A stretch of DNA of 63,939 nt, filler included, from Octopus bimaculoides (GCF_001194135.2; 6 parts of 5 records of this genome joined end to end with filler, not necessarily neighbours in it); one strand, 5' to 3'. Positions 50,089 through 62,105 are shown, counted from the first letter of the whole stretch. Numbers and translations: made by a program. Notes: generated by a model from the letters alone, not told the origin.

Positions 50089-52045
50089 TTAAAAATACTT
50101 CCATAATACTCCAGTGTATGGCCCCACCCATCGGGTCCAGAATCCCCTGCGAAGTTCGNNNNNNNNNNCTTAAAAATACTTCCATAATACTCCAGTGTAT
50201 GGCCCCACCCATCGGGTCCAGAATCCCCTGCGAAGTTCGGATGGGCAGAACCTCCTCACCAATAACATCTCCATCCTCGGTCGCTGGTCCAAGCACTTCC
50301 AAAGCTTCTTCAGTGCTAACCGTACCGTACAGGACGCTGCCATCCATCGCGTTCCTCAACTTCCACTCAAAGAGGAGCTCGACGAAAAACCTACCCTCGA
50401 AGAGACGACTGAAGCCATAGGACAACTCAAGAGTCACAAAGCAGCAGGAGTTGACGGAATACCACCAGAAATTTGGAAGAATGATTTTCTGAGGCTCCAT
50501 GACAAGCTCCATTATTTTCTTGTCTGCTGCTGGGATCAGAGCAAGCTGCCACAGGATCTTCGCGACGCCGTCTTCATAACCCTGTACAAGAACAAGGGTG
50601 AAAAGTCTGACTGCCCCAACTACCGGGGAATCACCCCACTCTCCATCGCTGGCAAAGTACGTGCTAGGATTCTGCCCAACAGGCTTGTACCAACCATCGC
50701 TGAAGAAAATCTCCCCGCGAGCCAGTGTGGCATTAGAGCCAACAGAGGCACGACAGATATGGTGTTCGCCCTCCGCCAACTTCAGAAGTGCCGAAAACAA
50801 AACTGGAGACCTTATGATACTTTTGTCGACTTCACAAAAGCATTTGACACAGTGAGCAGGACAGGACTATGGCTCATCCTGGAATGACTTGGCTGTCCCA
50901 CCAAGATTCTACACATGGTGATCCATCTACACGAGAACTAGCATCTGGAGGATGTGGATGGGGTGCTTGTTATGTACCATCTGGATTGTAGACTCTTCAA
51001 TCTACGGTGCCTCCAAGCCCACACCAAGGCACAGGAGAAGCTGGTCCGAGACATTCTCTTCGCAGACGACGCTGCTCCCGTCGCCCACACAGAGCGAGCT
51101 CTGCAGCGCATCACGTCCTGCTTTGTGGACGCCTCGCGGCTCTTTGGCCTGGACGTCAGCCTGAATAAGATGGAGGTACTCGAACAACCTGCACCCCAAG
51201 AGGTACACTGCCCACCCCACATCACTATCTGCGGTACCGAACTGAAATCAACACAGCAGTTTACATACCTTGGCTGCATCATCTCATCCGATACAAGGAT
51301 CGACAAGGAAATTGACAATAGACTCTCTAAGGTAAATAACGCCGTTGGCAGATTGTACAAACGTGTTTGGCACAATAATAACCTGAAGAATAAGACATGG
51401 ATCAGCGTCTACAGAGCCGTGCTTCTCACCACTCTCCTCTACGGCTCTGAGACCTGGGTCACCTCCTGCATTTACATGCGTCTCCTCCAGCGCTTCCACT
51501 AGCAATGTCTCCGCCCCATCCTCAACATTCACTGGAGTGATTTCGTCACAAACATTGAAACTTTGGAGCGGGCCGGGGTCCCCATCATTGAAGCTATGCT
51601 ACTGAAGCATCACCTCCGATGGGCAGGGCATGTCTCCAGAATGGATAACCATCGCCTTCCTAAGATTGCCTTGCTTGGCGAACTCTCCACCAGCCATCGT
51701 GAGAGAGGAGCATCGAGGAAACGCTACAAAGACTGCCTCAAATAGTCTCTCACTGCATGTCTTTTCGACCACCAATGCCGGACAGACCTGGCTGCGGACC
51801 GTGATGCCTGGTGCCACACGACCTTCAACGCGGTCAACGAGTTTGAAGAACACAGAAGAGACGCGCATAAAGACAAGAGACGCAGGAGGAAGGCCTGAGC
51901 CGCCTCTGACACCAAACCGGATGTTACCTTCGTCTGTGGACACTGCTCACGGACCTGCCTTTCCTCTATCGGACTTGTCAATCATGAGCGTGTCTGCAAA
52001 CGACGTGGACAACCTTCCTAATCTTTGTTTGCGAAGCCAAGTCAA
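50089..52045 (+). mobile_element. RTE (BovB-like) LINE, 5'-truncated, inactivated RT
   Basis: KAAGVDGIPPE, NYRGITPLS, SQCGIRANRGT, FVDFTKAFDTV, LFADDA, FTYLG, LLYGSETW, LRWAGHVSRM and terminal CGHC...H motif; in-frame stops; the QG-motif segment is deleted near 50940. Confidence 0.92.
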
Positions 52046-52300
52046 GAGAATTTTAGGTTAAGCGTTAATACCAAGGGTGTGTTGTCCTAATATAATGCCT
52101 ATGAAAGATAAGTTATTACAAATTTATAAAAATAAAAGTATATTATATTACATGTATCTGTTTAATTAGGGGAATCATTTATATATTTACTAAATCATAC
52201 GGGCGATATATGGTTAAAATATATGTTGGAAGTTATTCGGACCAAATTCAAATAAGAGACAAAATAACAAAAGTGACTGTATAAGTTATTTCACTAATTT

Positions 52301-52917
52301 GTTGTTTATCGCTAAAATTATGCTTAAAATGTATTCTCCGATAGAGTGCATTAATAGTAATTCTTCATGCAACAGTGTTTAGTTAGTAAATTAATGAACC
52401 AACTTAATATATATGTTGTTTATCGCTAAAACTATGCTTAAAATGTATTCTCAGATAGAGTGCATTAACCCATTACCTATCAGTGATCTCATAAGAGATC
52501 ACTTAAAAATGACAAATTTCGTAATTATCTGTCAATATTTACACATATCTAACCTTTTTGCTATATCTACTTGGTATATTTCTCTGATATTCAATTGAGG
52601 TTTGCTAATTTTTCACCCAATATCTCGCTTATTTAAAATGTTATTTTGAGCATTCATGCGTGTTTCTAAGGCTGTTTTATGCTAGAAATCAAAGTTTCAT
52701 AAAAAAATTCCAGTTAATAGAGTTATGGGAGGTAATGGGTTAAATGTAATTCTCCATGCAACAGTGTTTAGTTAGTGAATTAATGAACCAACTTAATATA
52801 TATGTTGTTTATCGCTAAAATTATGCTTAAAATGTATTCTCCGATAAAGTGCATTAATAGTAATTCTCCATGCAACGGTGTTTAGTTAGTAAATTAATGA
52901 ACCAACTGAATATATAT
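52301..52917. repeat. 114-bp tandem repeat, ~3 copies, second copy interrupted by a MITE
   Basis: GTTGTTTATCGCTAAAA starts at 52301, 52415 and 52804 (spacing 114 and 114+275). Confidence 0.9.
52469..52739. mobile_element. 271-bp piggyBac-type MITE
   Basis: TTAA-CCCATTACCT...AGGTAATGGG-TTAA; neighbouring repeat units show the empty single-TTAA site. Confidence 0.92.
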
Positions 52918-53242
52918 CTTTTTTATATATATTCTCTTCAATTAACCAAATTGATATATATCCTTATATATTCTCTTATATATATCATACAGGATAAAAA
53001 TCCAAATTTACAGGTAAAAACTCAATTAAATTCAATTTTTTAAAGATTAAAATTAAATTAAGATTCACATATATGTGACAGTGGATTTTCATCGATGAGT
53101 TCATGAACCTTAGTTCTTTTCTCTAAAACTATATATATATAAGAAAGTGAGGACGTGATACGGATAGTGTTATTGGACGCTCGGGAAAGGAAAGAAAGAG
53201 AGTGTATGACGTTTCTCTTCCTCCGTTTTTCCATTCTTTGAA

Positions 53243-53342
53243 NNNNNNNNNNNNNNNNNNNNNNNNNNNNNNNNNNNNNNNNNNNNTTAATTAATTAANN
53301 NNNNNNNNNNNNNNNNNNNNNNNNNNNNNNNNNNNNNNNNNN
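53243..53342. other. Artificial contig-joining spacer
   Basis: N44-TTAATTAATTAA (53287-53298)-N44. Confidence 0.95.
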
Positions 53343-53406
53343 ATACTGTCTATGTGATCTCAAATTTTAAAGCAAACACATAATTTTCTTATGGTTTCTT
53401 AAACAT

Positions 53407-53516
53407 TCACTTGAACAAAACTGTACAAATCCAAATATATGGTACCCTAGGCATAACACCTACATGAACTTCTAACTTGTTGTCGCTTGAGGTCTCTGGG
53501 TGAGACTTGGATCCAA
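53407..53516 (-). CDS. Candidate downstream or terminal exon of the repeat-exon gene (phase-1 start)
   Basis: Acceptor TTTTGTTTTGCATTTGTACAAG; in frame with the preceding exon: (V)GSKSHPETSSDNKLEVHVG..., either to the stop at 53407 or to a weak donor at 53460. Confidence 0.35.
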
Positions 53517-53574
53517 CTTGTACAAATGCAAAACAAAAGTCAAGCATAAAATAATAATAATAATAATAATAATG

Positions 53575-53631
<57 letters not shown>

Positions 53632-53634
<3 letters not shown>

Positions 53635-54120
53635 GCCCTGGTGCAATACCAGGTACTTGTTCACATGGCTTCTGATTTTAACTGATTGGAAGTGTTATCA
53701 TGTACATGTTTTGTCTTGGTAGAAAAGATGGGTTACAGCAAATATTCTGCTCAATACCACAGATTTGCTTGTCAGTTGTTTGACCATGACCAGTTGAGCA
53801 TTTCCCTTAGTGGCTGGTGATATCTGTATTTCTGATCACGAGCAGAAACTGTAGGAGATAATCATAGCCATGTGGTGAGAGGAATTCTTTGGGGTTTGAA
53901 TAATACACATTTGGAAATGTGTGTTTCGTTCGATCTCCTTAAACATGCCTCATTCAAGGGCCTTTTGAGCGAGACAGGCAACTCGGTCTGAAGAAAATTC
54001 TAACTGGGCTCCACCTTCAAGGTGAAACGCTGTTTATCTCGATATGAGATGACCGTGTCGCGCACATATGGTTGTGATGCATGTGCATGGTGTACCCTTA
54101 TCAGACGGGTAGTGTTCTAA
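53632..54120 (+). mobile_element. Interspersed repeat (unclassified non-autonomous element) following (AAT)n
   Basis: Shares sequence with 42465-42760 in opposite orientation. Confidence 0.55.
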
Positions 54121-54454
54121 GTGTTCTGATTTCATTTGTAATAGAACTTCCAGATCTATTCAGGACCAATACTCTTGCCTATATTTTGTACACGTCCAGG
54201 AGAATGTCCCTTTTCACCAAGATCACACACACCACAACCCACCAGATGCCCAGCTAAGGAATGACACTGAGGCAGTATTATGGAGTTAAGGGATATATTC
54301 ATCATCCCATTTGTAATTTGTACAACTAGATTGATAAACAAATATGTTCTAATGAATAATTTTTCCGACATATATTCCAAATGCATATTTACGGTATTAC
54401 TAAACAAAAGCCAAAGCAAATTGTAAACACATGAATAAATGATGTTTATGTTAC

Positions 54455-54625
54455 CCTCAGTTTCCTGATAATATCCCACAGTATCACGCGCTTTCTGTAC
54501 ATCAGCGTCTAATTCGGGAAAACCAGATGCTATGCACTCATTAATACTGTCCATAATTAAATCTTGATCGTTCTTTCTCATTGCCAGCTTCAGTTTCTCA
54601 CGTAACAAATCAGGTGACTTACTTC
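54455..54625 (-). CDS. Host exon, repeat unit 4 (type B), 171 nt, phase 1-1
   Basis: Acceptor TTTTTTAAACTTCAG and donor GAGG|GTAACA; encodes SKSPDLLREKLKLAMRKNDQDLIMDSINECIASGFPELDADVQKARDTVGYYQETE. Confidence 0.9.
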
Positions 54626-54954
54626 CTGAAGTTTAAAAAATATAGTTTGTAAATTTTAAGTATTGTAGGTATTGTTAAATTAGTTGACTAATACAGCGAT
54701 ATACGATTTATTGTGGTGGGAGAATATATCACTGTATATCGACTGGAGATCTATTCCAACACAGGAATAAATGAGGTTAAATCGTCACTTCAAGTGGTTT
54801 GCATTATGTGTGTGAAAAACGCGCGCGCGAAAACACACGCANNNNNNNNNNNATATATTTATATACATACACATACACACAAACTTGCTACCAGTTCAAA
54901 TATGCTTAACAGTTTAAGGCCTGGCCTAACCAGACTGGTGGGTATATGCATATA

Positions 54955-55102
54955 TGTATTTATGTTATTTCTTTACTACCCACAAGGGGCTACACACAGA
55001 GGGGACAAACAAGGACAGACAAACGGATTAAGTCGATTATATCGACCCCACTGCGTAACTGGTACTTATTTATTCGACCCCGAAAGGATGAAAGGCAAAG
55101 TC
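54955..55102 (-). mobile_element. SINE family B 3' half
   Basis: Nearly identical to 47883-48020. Confidence 0.85.
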
Positions 55103-55182
55103 CTATGTATGTATGTATGGATGGATGGATGAATGGATGGAAGGATGTATATGCTAAATGAGAGACGGAAGGTACGAGAATT

Positions 55183-55297
55183 TTTATTAACCACTACAAG
55201 TGTTTCGATACATCTAGCATCGATCCCTCACTGGCGGGATACTTAACAGCTGGTTCAGGAGCATCCGACGGTGCAGATGTGTCTCTTCGGGTTATAA
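55183..55297 (-). ncRNA. Decayed hammerhead-like motif with extended stem II
   Basis: Minus strand: TTTATAAC-CCGAAGA-GACACATCTGCACCG...CGATGCTAGATGTATC-GAAA-CACTTGTAGT-G-GTTAATAAA. All three stems can be drawn, but the cleavage position is G and stem III is imperfect. Confidence 0.45.
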
Positions 55298-55339
55298 ACA
55301 GATATAATTCGTTAAAATAACAGTTCCGCAATGAATCTT

Positions 55340-57090
55340 CTCGTAACAAATGCAAAAAGAAATGAACACTACGTGAGCCTATTTCTTATGGGTGATATCA
55401 ACTTCCACAATGTCAAATGGTCCGATGGTCTCATGTCTCAGGAATGACTCATTGCAAACAAGTACAGGTGGAGTCCCTGCTCAATCTCACCAATGCCCTA
55501 TTCATGGAGCAAGTTGTACTCAGACCAATTAGGACGAATAACATTTTGGATCTCTGCTTCACAAACAATATGGACATAGTTCATGATGTGAAATTGACGC
55601 CGACATTAGTCTCGGATCACAACATAACAGAGCTGTCTATGTTTGGGCCAAAAGTTGTCAGAGACATACAGCCTACAGGAAGCACCCCAAATCTCTCTAA
55701 TCTCAACTTCTACAAAGCAGAATGGAAATCGATCCAAAATGAGATCCGCACACAGGACTGGTTAAAATGTCTCTCCACACCAGACATTGGCATGAAACTA
55801 GAATATCTCATGTCTGTTGGGCAAACCATATGCCAGAAATATGTCCCACAGCACAAGGTCAACACAAAAAGAACAAGATTCCAAGGGAGAGGAAGATCCT
55901 CATCAGTCGACGGGCGAAAGTTGCAAATCGACTCAACCAACATCCCAAAAGTAGCGAAAGGTCCCGCCTAAAAACATCACTGATGGAGATTTAAAAAGGC
56001 CTGCAACAATACTATGTGAGGGAGAGGTTAAACAAATAAGCCTGGGTTATAAAAAACATTAAGCCAAACCCAAAGGCCTTTTTTCATTATGCGAAAGAAA
56101 CAGCGTCAGCATGCTGCAATATAGGACACCTCTTCCAAAAGGATGGCTCCCTCACAGATAGTCAAACCAGGATGAGTGACGTACTGAATGACCAGTTCAA
56201 AAATGTCTTTACCACCCCATTGGAACACAGACAAGTGAACAAACCAGTGGATTTCTTTTCCGCTTCACCTATAACCAGCGAGACAGTTACGATGGAATAC
56301 ATCGACATTAGCGAATAAGATATACTATTAGCCATAGATGAGGTGGACGCAAAATCAACTGCTAGTCCTGATGGTGTCCCAGGAATCCACTTCAAATCGT
56401 GTAAGCGTGCCCTGGCAAAATCTCTACAGATTCTCTTCCACAGCTTTCTTGCAAATGTCAGACTGCCAAGCAAGCTGAAGGAGGGATAAAGGGGTAGCAG
56501 AGCAGATGCCAAAAACTCTAGGCCTATCTCTCTGACCTCATACATCAGCAAAGTCATAGAACGGATAGTCAGAAGGAAACTAATCGCATTCCTTGAAGAA
56601 AATATCTTGCTGAGTGATACCCAGCATGGCTTTCGACCAGGTAGGAGCTGCCTGACCCAGCTCTTACAGCACTATAACTGGGTGTTGAGGCATTTACTCA
56701 ACAACTCAAATGTGGATGTAATATACCTTGATTTAGCAAAAGCTTTTGATATGCCACAAACTGCGTGATCTAGGCATAGCTGGAAAACGTGGAGAGTGGT
56801 TACATGACTTTCTGAAAGATAGAAGTTAAGCAGTAGTGGCCAATGGAACCACCTCAATGAAAACACAAAGAGGGAGCGGTATTCCACAGGGCACTGACTT
56901 GAGACCACTGCTTTTCATAGTAGCCCTCTCAGATATGCTTCAGCTGCCCGGATAGCCACCCTTGCTAGTTATGCAGACGATACGAAAGTCTCGCAGAAAA
57001 TACAGAACCCTAGAGATGTTACACACCTGCAGCAGGAGTTAGACTCAATTTACAGATGGGCTGAGAATAATAATATGCAGTTTATAATAA
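55340..57090 (+). mobile_element. CR1-like LINE ORF2 remnant (APE endonuclease plus RT), antisense within an intron
   Basis: GDINF, RTNNILDLCFTN, LVSDHN (APE); PDGVP, RPISLTS, QHGFRPGRSCLTQL, IYLDLAKAFD, YADDTK (RT); frameshifts and stops. Confidence 0.9.
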
Positions 57091-57319
57091 TATGCAGATA
57101 ATAATATTCATATTATATGTATGCAATTATATATATATATATATATATATATACGTATAAGTATTACCGTATGAAAAACTGAAACTATATTAAATGCAGA
57201 CATATTGTGCGCAGTATATCTTTAAATAATATATGACAGATACTTTTAAGATACTTCTGGGTTGTATTTCGAGTATAATCTTCATGCAAATCTTAATACG
57301 AAAAAAGGATACAGCTAAC

Positions 57320-57493
57320 CTCCACGACCACCTCCTAGGCTTTCTAAAGTTTCTCTGGCTTTTCGGAGGTCAGTCCCAATCTCCGGATACTCAGCCGCTT
57401 CGCATTCATGTATTGCTTTCTGCAAGGCAGGAATGTTCTTCTGCCTCATTGCCATCTTTAACTTATCTCGTAAAACATCGGGTGGTTTAAAAT
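57320..57493 (-). CDS. Host exon, repeat unit 3 (type A), 174 nt, phase 1-1
   Basis: Acceptor TTTTTCCAATCATTAG and donor GGAG|GTTAGC; encodes FKPPDVLRDKLKMAMRQKNIPALQKAIHECEAAEYPEIGTDLRKARETLESLGGGRG. Confidence 0.9.
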
Positions 57494-57540
57494 CTAATGA
57501 TTGGAAAAATATTTGTGTGAATATAAATACATCATTCTTT

Positions 57541-57591
<51 letters not shown>

Positions 57592-57718
57592 NNNNNNNNN
57601 NNNNNNNNNNNNNNNNNNNNNNNNNNNNNNNNNNNNNNNNNNNNNNNNNNNNNNNNNNNNNNNNNNNNNNNNNNNNNNNNNNNNNNNNNNNNNNNNNNNN
57701 NNNNNNNNNNNNNNNNNN

Positions 57719-57772
<54 letters not shown>

Positions 57773-58374
57773 CGCGCGTATACATGCATATATACCTATA
57801 TATATTGTTGTATTTCGGGACGGTCATTTTTTTTTTTTTGCCAAATAAACACACGCACTATATATTTTCTCTTCACTTGTTTATTGCTGTTCTTATCTTA
57901 TTATTTCAACTCATGCCCATTGTTCGGAAATCTTTCGTCACACACCTGTGACTTCTTCACCGACACGTTTCCTTTTCGTGTGTGCTCTTACTCCACTTAC
58001 TCCATTCAGAGAATGAAGTGGAAAAAATATATAGTGCGTGTGTTTATTTCTTTATCTGGCAACAAAAAAAGAAAACAACTATCCCGACATGCAACAATAC
58101 CTGTTGCAACACACGATTTCACATCAAGAATCTTGCAAAATGAATTCATAAACCTACCTACATATATATTTATATAAATATATAAATACACATGTATACG
58201 CATTTGTGTGTGCACATATATTTATATAAATATATATATATACACACGTATACACATTTCTCTGTGTGTGTGTGTGTGTGTATGTGCGTGCGTGGGGGGT
58301 GGTCATTTGTATATTTCTGTGATCAATTTCTGGAAAATTCAGTAAATTGCTTTGGATTTTCAAATTTGGCTAAC

Positions 58375-58548
58375 CTCCCGAAGTTCCTTTGAGTATATCC
58401 AACGTTTTTCTAGCTTGAAGAATATCATTGTCAAGTTCTGGCATACCAACTGCAATGCATTTACTAATTGCCCTTTGTATTACAGGTTTATCTTTTTGTG
58501 CAACAGCATTCTGTAAAATCTTACGAAGGTCATCTGGAGTTAGACTTC
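58375..58548 (-). CDS. Host exon, repeat unit 2 (type B), 174 nt, phase 1-1
   Basis: Acceptor CTTTTATTTTGATTACCAG and donor GGAG|GTTAGC; encodes SLTPDDLRKILQNAVAQKDKPVIQRAISKCIAVGMPELDNDILQARKTLDILKGTSG. Not in the ORF track. Confidence 0.9.
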
Positions 58549-59495
58549 CTGGTAATCAAAATAAAGGATAGTGACATCATATAATCGTATGAAGAATTTT
58601 ATACTCAACAGCTAATTTAGACTTATAGACTAAAGTAATTATGTGATTGTTTTAAATAAATATGATAAATCCAATAGCAAACAAGGCAACCTCTTACATT
58701 GCATTTCTACATAGTTTTTATTATATTGTAAGTTATTATAAAAGAAAGAGAATAACGTCTAGTACAAGGCTGCTGTTGCTAATCCCCACATCAACTCTGA
58801 CTGAGCAGACTAATGACCAAACGTACTAATAAACGAATAAGGAACTTGATGTGCCTGAGATGGATCTTCCATGTTATATGAATCCGAGATAAAATTTCGG
58901 TAGGAAAAATGTATGAACAATTATAAAGACTCATCAACTGAAACAGAGACAATTAAGATGTATCAATAAGGATAAAATGTTGATATTAGAAGAGAGTGAA
59001 AGTGAAAGTGAGTGCAATTGGGTATGTCCCAAATATCTCTCTCAACAAAGAATAACTAAATCTTTGAGTATATTGCTTTTCACGCTCGGTTCTCGATTCA
59101 ACCACTAGTTTGTACATATCCTATGATACGCAAAACACTTAATTCCTTAAGTGTATACTGCATTTTCGCAAATACTTATCACTTAAGATTTCACCGTCTG
59201 CATATTTCTATTTTCAATGCTTTGAAAAGAAGAAAATGACTGAAACGGAAACCGTATTGAACTCTGCATAACCATTTCCACACAGTTCTATAATTGTTTA
59301 TGACAACTACATTATTTGATAGATTAGTGAATGTCAGAGCCTATTTCAGTCACAATATACATAGAAACAAAATTTTATTGCCAAAACAATGAATCTACTT
59401 AAAGAAAACAACCCAATTATTTTGGCAACTATTTAGAAGCGCATATAATGAGATACTCATGTTAATTCATGCAGCTAAATATTTCAATATCAAAC

Positions 59496-59669
59496 CTCCA
59501 CGACCTCCTCCGAGACTTTGCAGTGTATCTCTAGCTCTTCGTAGATCACCGGCAACCTCTGGATATGCACATTTCTCTGATTCATCAATGAGCCTTCTCA
59601 GAGCATTTTTATCTTTCAGTCTAACCGCAGATTTTATTTCATCGCGTAAAGTTTCAGGGGTTTTTGCTC
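59496..59669 (-). CDS. Host exon, repeat unit 1 (type A), 174 nt, phase 1-1
   Basis: Acceptor ATTTCTGTTTACTAG and donor GGAG|GTTTGA; encodes AKTPETLRDEIKSAVRLKDKNALRRLIDESEKCAYPEVAGDLRRARDTLQSLGGGRG. Confidence 0.9.
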
Positions 59670-59749
59670 CTAGTAAACAGAAATATTAGGCTTATGTCTC
59701 ATATGACTTATTTGGAAATTTTAAGAATAAAGGTTTTATTGCGTAGAGT

Positions 59750-59793
<44 letters not shown>

Positions 59794-60134
59794 NNNNNNN
59801 NNNNNNNNNNNNNNNNNNNNNNNNNNNNNNNNNNNNNNNNNNNNNNNNNNNNNNNNNNNNNNNNNNNNNNNNNNNNNNNNNNNNNNNNNNNNNNNNNNNN
59901 NNNNNNNNNNNNNNNNNNNNNNNNNNNNNNNNNNNNNNNNNNNNNNNNNNNNNNNNNAAACACACACACACACACACACACACAGAAAATAGGGGATTTT
60001 GTTCATAACTTATTTGGTTAAGTCATCTTACACGTTATTCATGAATGGTGATATCCGTTATATAAGGAAAAACCTTATAAGCATATTATATTAGTAAATC
60101 AACAAAGATTGGATAATACCTGTAAATGATCTTT

Positions 60135-60292
60135 TCTACTCTAGGCACAAGGCCCGAAATTTTAGGTGGGGGTGGGGCAGTCGATTTCATCGAGCCAGTA
60201 CGCAACTGGTACTTAATTTATCGACCCCGAAAGGATGAAAGGCAAAGTCGACCGCTAGGCATTTCGCCGGCGTGCTAACGTTTCTGCCAGCT
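60135..60292 (-). mobile_element. SINE family B-type copy with internal deletion
   Basis: TCGACCCCGAAAGGATGAAAGGCAAAGTCGACC joined directly to GCATTTCGCCGGCGTGCTAACG. Confidence 0.8.
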
Positions 60293-60589
60293 GAAGTATT
60301 TGGTAAATAAAATGAAGGTACTTGGGTGTGCCTTTGGCTTCGTCAGAAATTTTAGAAAGTTCATAAGGTTAAGTTATAAATATAAATAGATACATATATA
60401 CACACTTTTACATATACATATATATATATACATATATATATATACATGAATACATATGTATATGCATACAACGGAATCAATTATTATTATTATTAGGTGT
60501 ATTATATTATTCTTATTAGATCAAGTATAAACAGAGAAAAGATAAAAATTATCAAGAGAAATAATAGTGAAATTCAAATAATCAAGCGT

Positions 60590-60875
60590 ATCAGGGAAGG
60601 GGAGGGGTAGGGGAGCACCGCCAGTGTGAACATCTTTCCACTTTCCAGCTTTGTCGGAGCGGCTTTTGGTGAAGGATGGAGTTCGATGTTACTGCCCTCT
60701 TTTGAGTTTCTTGCCTAGATATTGGCTCATCCGGGATCTCAGCGAGCCAGAGGTCAAGTTCACGTTTGAAAACGTCTACATCCACTCCATCGAGGCTCCT
60801 CAGATGCTTCGGCAGACAGTTAAACAGCTGTGGGCCCTTGAAACCCAAGCAATTGCAGTCAGTTATGTAATAACA
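60590..60875 (-). mobile_element. CR1-like LINE 3' end
   Basis: GPQLFNCLPKHLRSLDGVDVDVFKRELDLWLAEIPDEP is a typical CR1-group ORF2 C-terminus. Confidence 0.8.
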
Positions 60876-61399
60876 TGCAATTAATTACCCGATAGTAAGA
60901 ATTCAAAGTCGCACCGAAAAAGGCTTTAACACATTCCCAAAGTATATAGAGCGCAGGAGGAAATACTAGTAAAGTATATATACTAAAATCGTGAAGCATG
61001 TTACGTAATAAAAGGTTAATCAGATATGAGATACTAGCAATTCAAAATAAATAACTCTGAAAAAAGTTTTTGTGTGTTCGCAGAGAGTATTACCCACAGC
61101 GGCGCTAGTGTTGGTATATTCCTGAATATGTCACTAACCGTAATAAGTGGATCTATTGTTTAGGAAAATACCATTTACTTGTTTAAGCGTTGCATTGGAT
61201 AAATTGCGAAAATATCGCAAATAGTTAAAATACTAAGAAATAAGCATAATCAGTTTGATTAAAGCGAAATAATTTACGAACATGAATGGGTTATTTCCCT
61301 TGGCTGTATATAAGAATTCCTTTAAGGACTGAATGGGTTATTTCCCTTGGATGTTTAAAGATAATATATTAGTTATATGCAATAGATATAAAAATCCCT

Positions 61400-61565
61400 T
61401 CCAGTGGCCTTATTATCGATTTTTCAGCAATCTAAGTGTTATTAGTTTTCTAGATATAAGTCCTACGCACGTGTCAAGTTTCATCAAAATCGATAAAACG
61501 ATCTAGGAGTTAGATAACAACACCACAAACAGACACACCCATAGATTTCCGCATATGTAGTGGAT
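61400..61565 (+). mobile_element. Possible Helentron-associated (HINE/DINE-like) element end
   Basis: AAGTTTCATCAAAATCG...GGAGTTAG...ACAAACAGACAC followed by a microsatellite, recalled as typical of these elements. Confidence 0.35.
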
Positions 61566-61598
61566 ATACATATATATATATATGTATATATATATATA

Positions 61599-61650
<52 letters not shown>

Positions 61651-61689
61651 CACATACATATCTATATGTACATATATATATACATATAT

Positions 61690-61854
61690 GTGGTGGTTGT
61701 CTACTCCTTAAACAGAGTTTGACCACCTCCTGCACCTACACCTTAGCCCTTTCATGGCGTCTGATGTGGCTTTTTAAACCAGACAGTGTTTTGAAAAAAC
61801 ACCCACACAGATTGCACCTCTGATTTGCACTACCAATACCTGCAAGTAAGTTCT
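61690..61854 (-). mobile_element. RTE-like LINE 3' end with terminal C2H2 finger
   Basis: Translation CNLCGCFFKTLSGLKSHIRRHERAKV* (C-x2-C-x12-H-x3-H), followed by a ~45-nt 3' UTR running into a microsatellite. Confidence 0.55.
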
Positions 61855-61954
61855 NNNNNNNNNNNNNNNNNNNNNNNNNNNNNNNNNNNNNNNNNNNNTT
61901 AATTAATTAANNNNNNNNNNNNNNNNNNNNNNNNNNNNNNNNNNNNNNNNNNNN
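61855..61954. other. Artificial contig-joining spacer
   Basis: N44-TTAATTAATTAA (61899-61910)-N44. Confidence 0.95.
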
Positions 61955-62105
61955 CATACATACATACATACATACATACATGCATACATACATACATACA
62001 TACATACATACATACATGCATACATACATACATACATACATACATACATACATACATACATGCATACATACATACATACATACATACATACATACATACA
62101 TACAT
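61955..62105. repeat. (CATA)n tetranucleotide microsatellite
   Basis: Direct inspection. Confidence 0.95.

Noticed and set aside
60318-60350. Minus-strand CTGACGA-A-GCC-AAA-GGC hammerhead half
   Set aside because: GAAA and stems I and III are missing.
61736-61840. C2H2 zinc finger as a host ZNF exon (octopus ZNF expansion)
   Set aside because: A single finger without a TGEKP linker, followed by a short UTR and microsatellite; this fits a LINE C-terminus better.
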